A stretch of 64,000 nt of DNA, from the NCBI GenBank assembly GCA_965197895.1, contig OZ240232.1, forward strand, positions 2,389,522-2,453,521. Reading direction: 5' to 3'. Below the pieces are notes generated by a model. It ran no database searches. It saw nothing but the letters and a program-made list of their open reading frames with translations, and had not been told where the DNA came from. Below are positions 61,827-64,000 of this stretch, piece after piece. Position numbers and translations under genes: made by a program. Origin of the DNA: Candidatus Versatilivoraceae bacterium (GTDB taxonomy: Bacteria > Acidobacteriota > Terriglobia > Versatilivoradales > Versatilivoraceae). The stretch's first letter is position 1. The number at the start of each line of letters is the position of its first letter.

Positions 61827-64000
61827 TCAGTCGACGAACAGAAACTCATTCGAGCTCAGCAGGATCTGCAGATATTGTTGCAGGTCGGTGGATGCCTGGT
61901 CGTCGGGGGCGCCGCCGGCCGCCATAAAGTTCATGGCCAGCTCGCTTTCTTCAGCCGAAGCCTCGCGGCCGAAGATCAGCCGATAGGCTCGGTTGATGGT
62001 CCGGTCATCCACCGGGGTTCCCTGCTTGTTGAGGCGATCAGCCAAAACTCCGGCCTGGTTCCAGACCAGACCGCTGTTGAGAAAGAAGAGCTTCTGCGAA
62101 GGGACGTTGGTGACGGCTCTCTGTTGGCTGCTCAGGCTGGGGTCCGGAAAGTCAAAAAGAGCCAGCATATTGTCCAGCTTGGACCGCTTCACTTGCCCAT
62201 AGACGCTGCGGCGGCTTTCATCCTGGGACAGATCGATGGAGGCTCCGCCAACGCTCGGACTCAACGTCCCCGCAATGGCGAGAATGGAATCGCGCAAAGA
62301 CTCGGCATCCAGACGCCGCCGGTTGGCTCGCCACAGCAGTCGGTTCTCGGGATCTTTAGCGGCATGAACCTCGGAATGTCGACTGCTTTGCCGGTAGGTG
62401 GCCGACAGCAGGATCTCTCGGTGGAGGGCTTTCATGGAGTAGTTGCTCACAATGAAACGGTCGGTCAAATATTCAAGCAGTTGCGGGTGAGTGGGTGGCG
62501 TGCCCAGCCGACCGAAATTGCTGGGCGTTCGGACGATGCCCTGACCGAAATGGTTCTGCCAAATGCGATTGACCATGACCCGAGCTGACAAGGGGTGGCG
62601 GGTGATGGCTTGCGCCAGTTGCAGGCGACCGCTGCCCTGGTTGAAGGGCTGGGGTTCGCCGCGGCTCAGCACTGTCAAGAATCGCCTGGGAATTTTCTCG
62701 CCCAAATTGTAGGGATTGCCTCGTAGGTGGATACGAGAGTCATCGGCACGGGGAGAGTCGCCCATCCCATGGATATAGGCGTATGCCGGCGGGCTGCTTT
62801 TCTTTAGCGCTTCCAGCCGGGTGCGCAAGGTCTTCAGATAAGTATAGCCCCCGCCCCATACGACGGGGCGGATCATTCGAGGAAAAACGGCCCGTCGTTA
62901 ATGAAGATGAACCACGAATGGACACGAAGGAACACGAAGAGACACGAAGACAGATGGATCTCCCTCAACGACAAGCGGCACCAAAATGCTTCTGCAATTT
63001 TGTGCCCTTGGTGTGACTTCGTCTCCTTGGTGGATAGCCCCCTCAATTGGTTTCAGACCTGTGGCTGGATCTCTTGAATGGAAAGAACATTGACAGATGA
63101 GTCAAGTATTGTGCATTTCGGGTCAGTACTGTCCCGTTAGAAGTTGAACAAAAATAACTGGTTAGGGTGAACCCCTTCTGAAATTGTGGTCCTTTCTCTC
63201 GTAAATGCCTGTAAAAAAGGGGTTTTCTCGAAAAGACCAATGCTGAGAATTTGCAGGATTTCACCCATGCTACGGTGGATTTTGAGTTCTTTCTTGGCGA
63301 TGGCTACCAACAGGCACAAAAAGTCAATCAGTTGACAAATAGAGTCTTTCCGGTATTCATCACCATCCTCCTTCCAGTTGGAATGAGGATGACCGAAAGG
63401 TGCTTGAGTTGAAATCGAAAACGATCACACACGACTATAACTTCATGTCTAACTGATACTTACACGATTAGCTCGCATCTTTGACGGGACAGTACTGATT
63501 TCGGGTTGTAGATTATGGGTTGTAGATGTGGATTTGAGGCAAAATCAGTTGTCACCCCCCAATTAACAATTCATCAATCAGTTTCTTGGTGTCCATTCGT
63601 GTCCCTTCGTGGTTCTTCGTGCCCCTTCGTGGATTCCTTTTTTTTGGGCCTTCGTGGATAACCCCTCAATTGGTTTCAGGCAAGTTTTCCACTCACCTTC
63701 GAGGTAGCTTTCCAGCTTTTCGCCCTGAAGTCGAAACAGTCCGAATTCTTCCTTCATGAAGCTGTTGGTCAGGTCCGTAGCCCCAAACAGATCGAGCCAG
63801 AGAATGTATTTCTCGCGGGCGATGGGTTCCAGCGTCAGCTCGCAGACGTAGCAATAGTCATCGGCGCGGAATCCGTTGGGAAGGTAGACGGCCGTTGCGG
63901 GATCGACCTCCGGTTTGTTGGCCTCCAGATGACGTGATTCTTGTCGTCCGCTAACTTCTTCTCAGCGAAGATCTCCAGAGCCAGGGCTTGAAAGTCCCGG
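61827..64000 (-). pseudogene. DUF1553 (PSD1)-domain gene interrupted by a ~0.85-kb insertion; continues past the window
   Basis: ARVMVNRIWQNHFG, PTHPQLLEYL, RRLDAESLRD; the upstream piece ...EGEWKT (~63.7 kb) resumes as TYLKTLR (~62.85 kb). Confidence 0.75.
63124..63497 (-). mobile_element. 374-bp internally deleted IS4-family element
   Basis: TIR CAGTACTGTCCCGT, 9-bp TSD ATTTCGGGT, transposase tail EILQILSIGLFEKTP. Confidence 0.85.

Overview
GC-rich bacterial window. Gene content (DUF1501/DUF1553 pair, beta-barrel proteins, many IS/TA remnants) suggests an Acidobacteria-like, possibly host-associated genome; this is inference only. Layout: (i) tadA and tRNA-Ser(CGA); (ii) a ~34-kb decaying defence/mobile island (~2.6-37 kb) that opens with an intact four-gene operon (AdoMetDC/SpeD-like, DUF3326, PtuA-like ABC ATPase, PtuB-like HNH nuclease), then nested IS/MITE insertions, a type I R-M system with embedded ATPase and darTG remnants, several TA loci, Fic and PhoD-like genes; (iii) housekeeping genes (M24 peptidase, acs, tpx, gltX, nucleoside symporter, MacB-type ABC exporter, TrmJ-like methyltransferase, aminotransferase, lactate permease); (iv) tRNA-Leu(CAA) followed by a small accessory block (haloacetate dehalogenase-like gene, a putative sigma-54-driven exported/beta-barrel trio, hicAB) and a DUF1501 gene with an interrupted DUF1553 gene. 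The best candidate for an undescribed system is the AdoMetDC-DUF3326-ATPase-HNH operon at 2885-6741. All family assignments are from motif recognition by eye; no database search was run.
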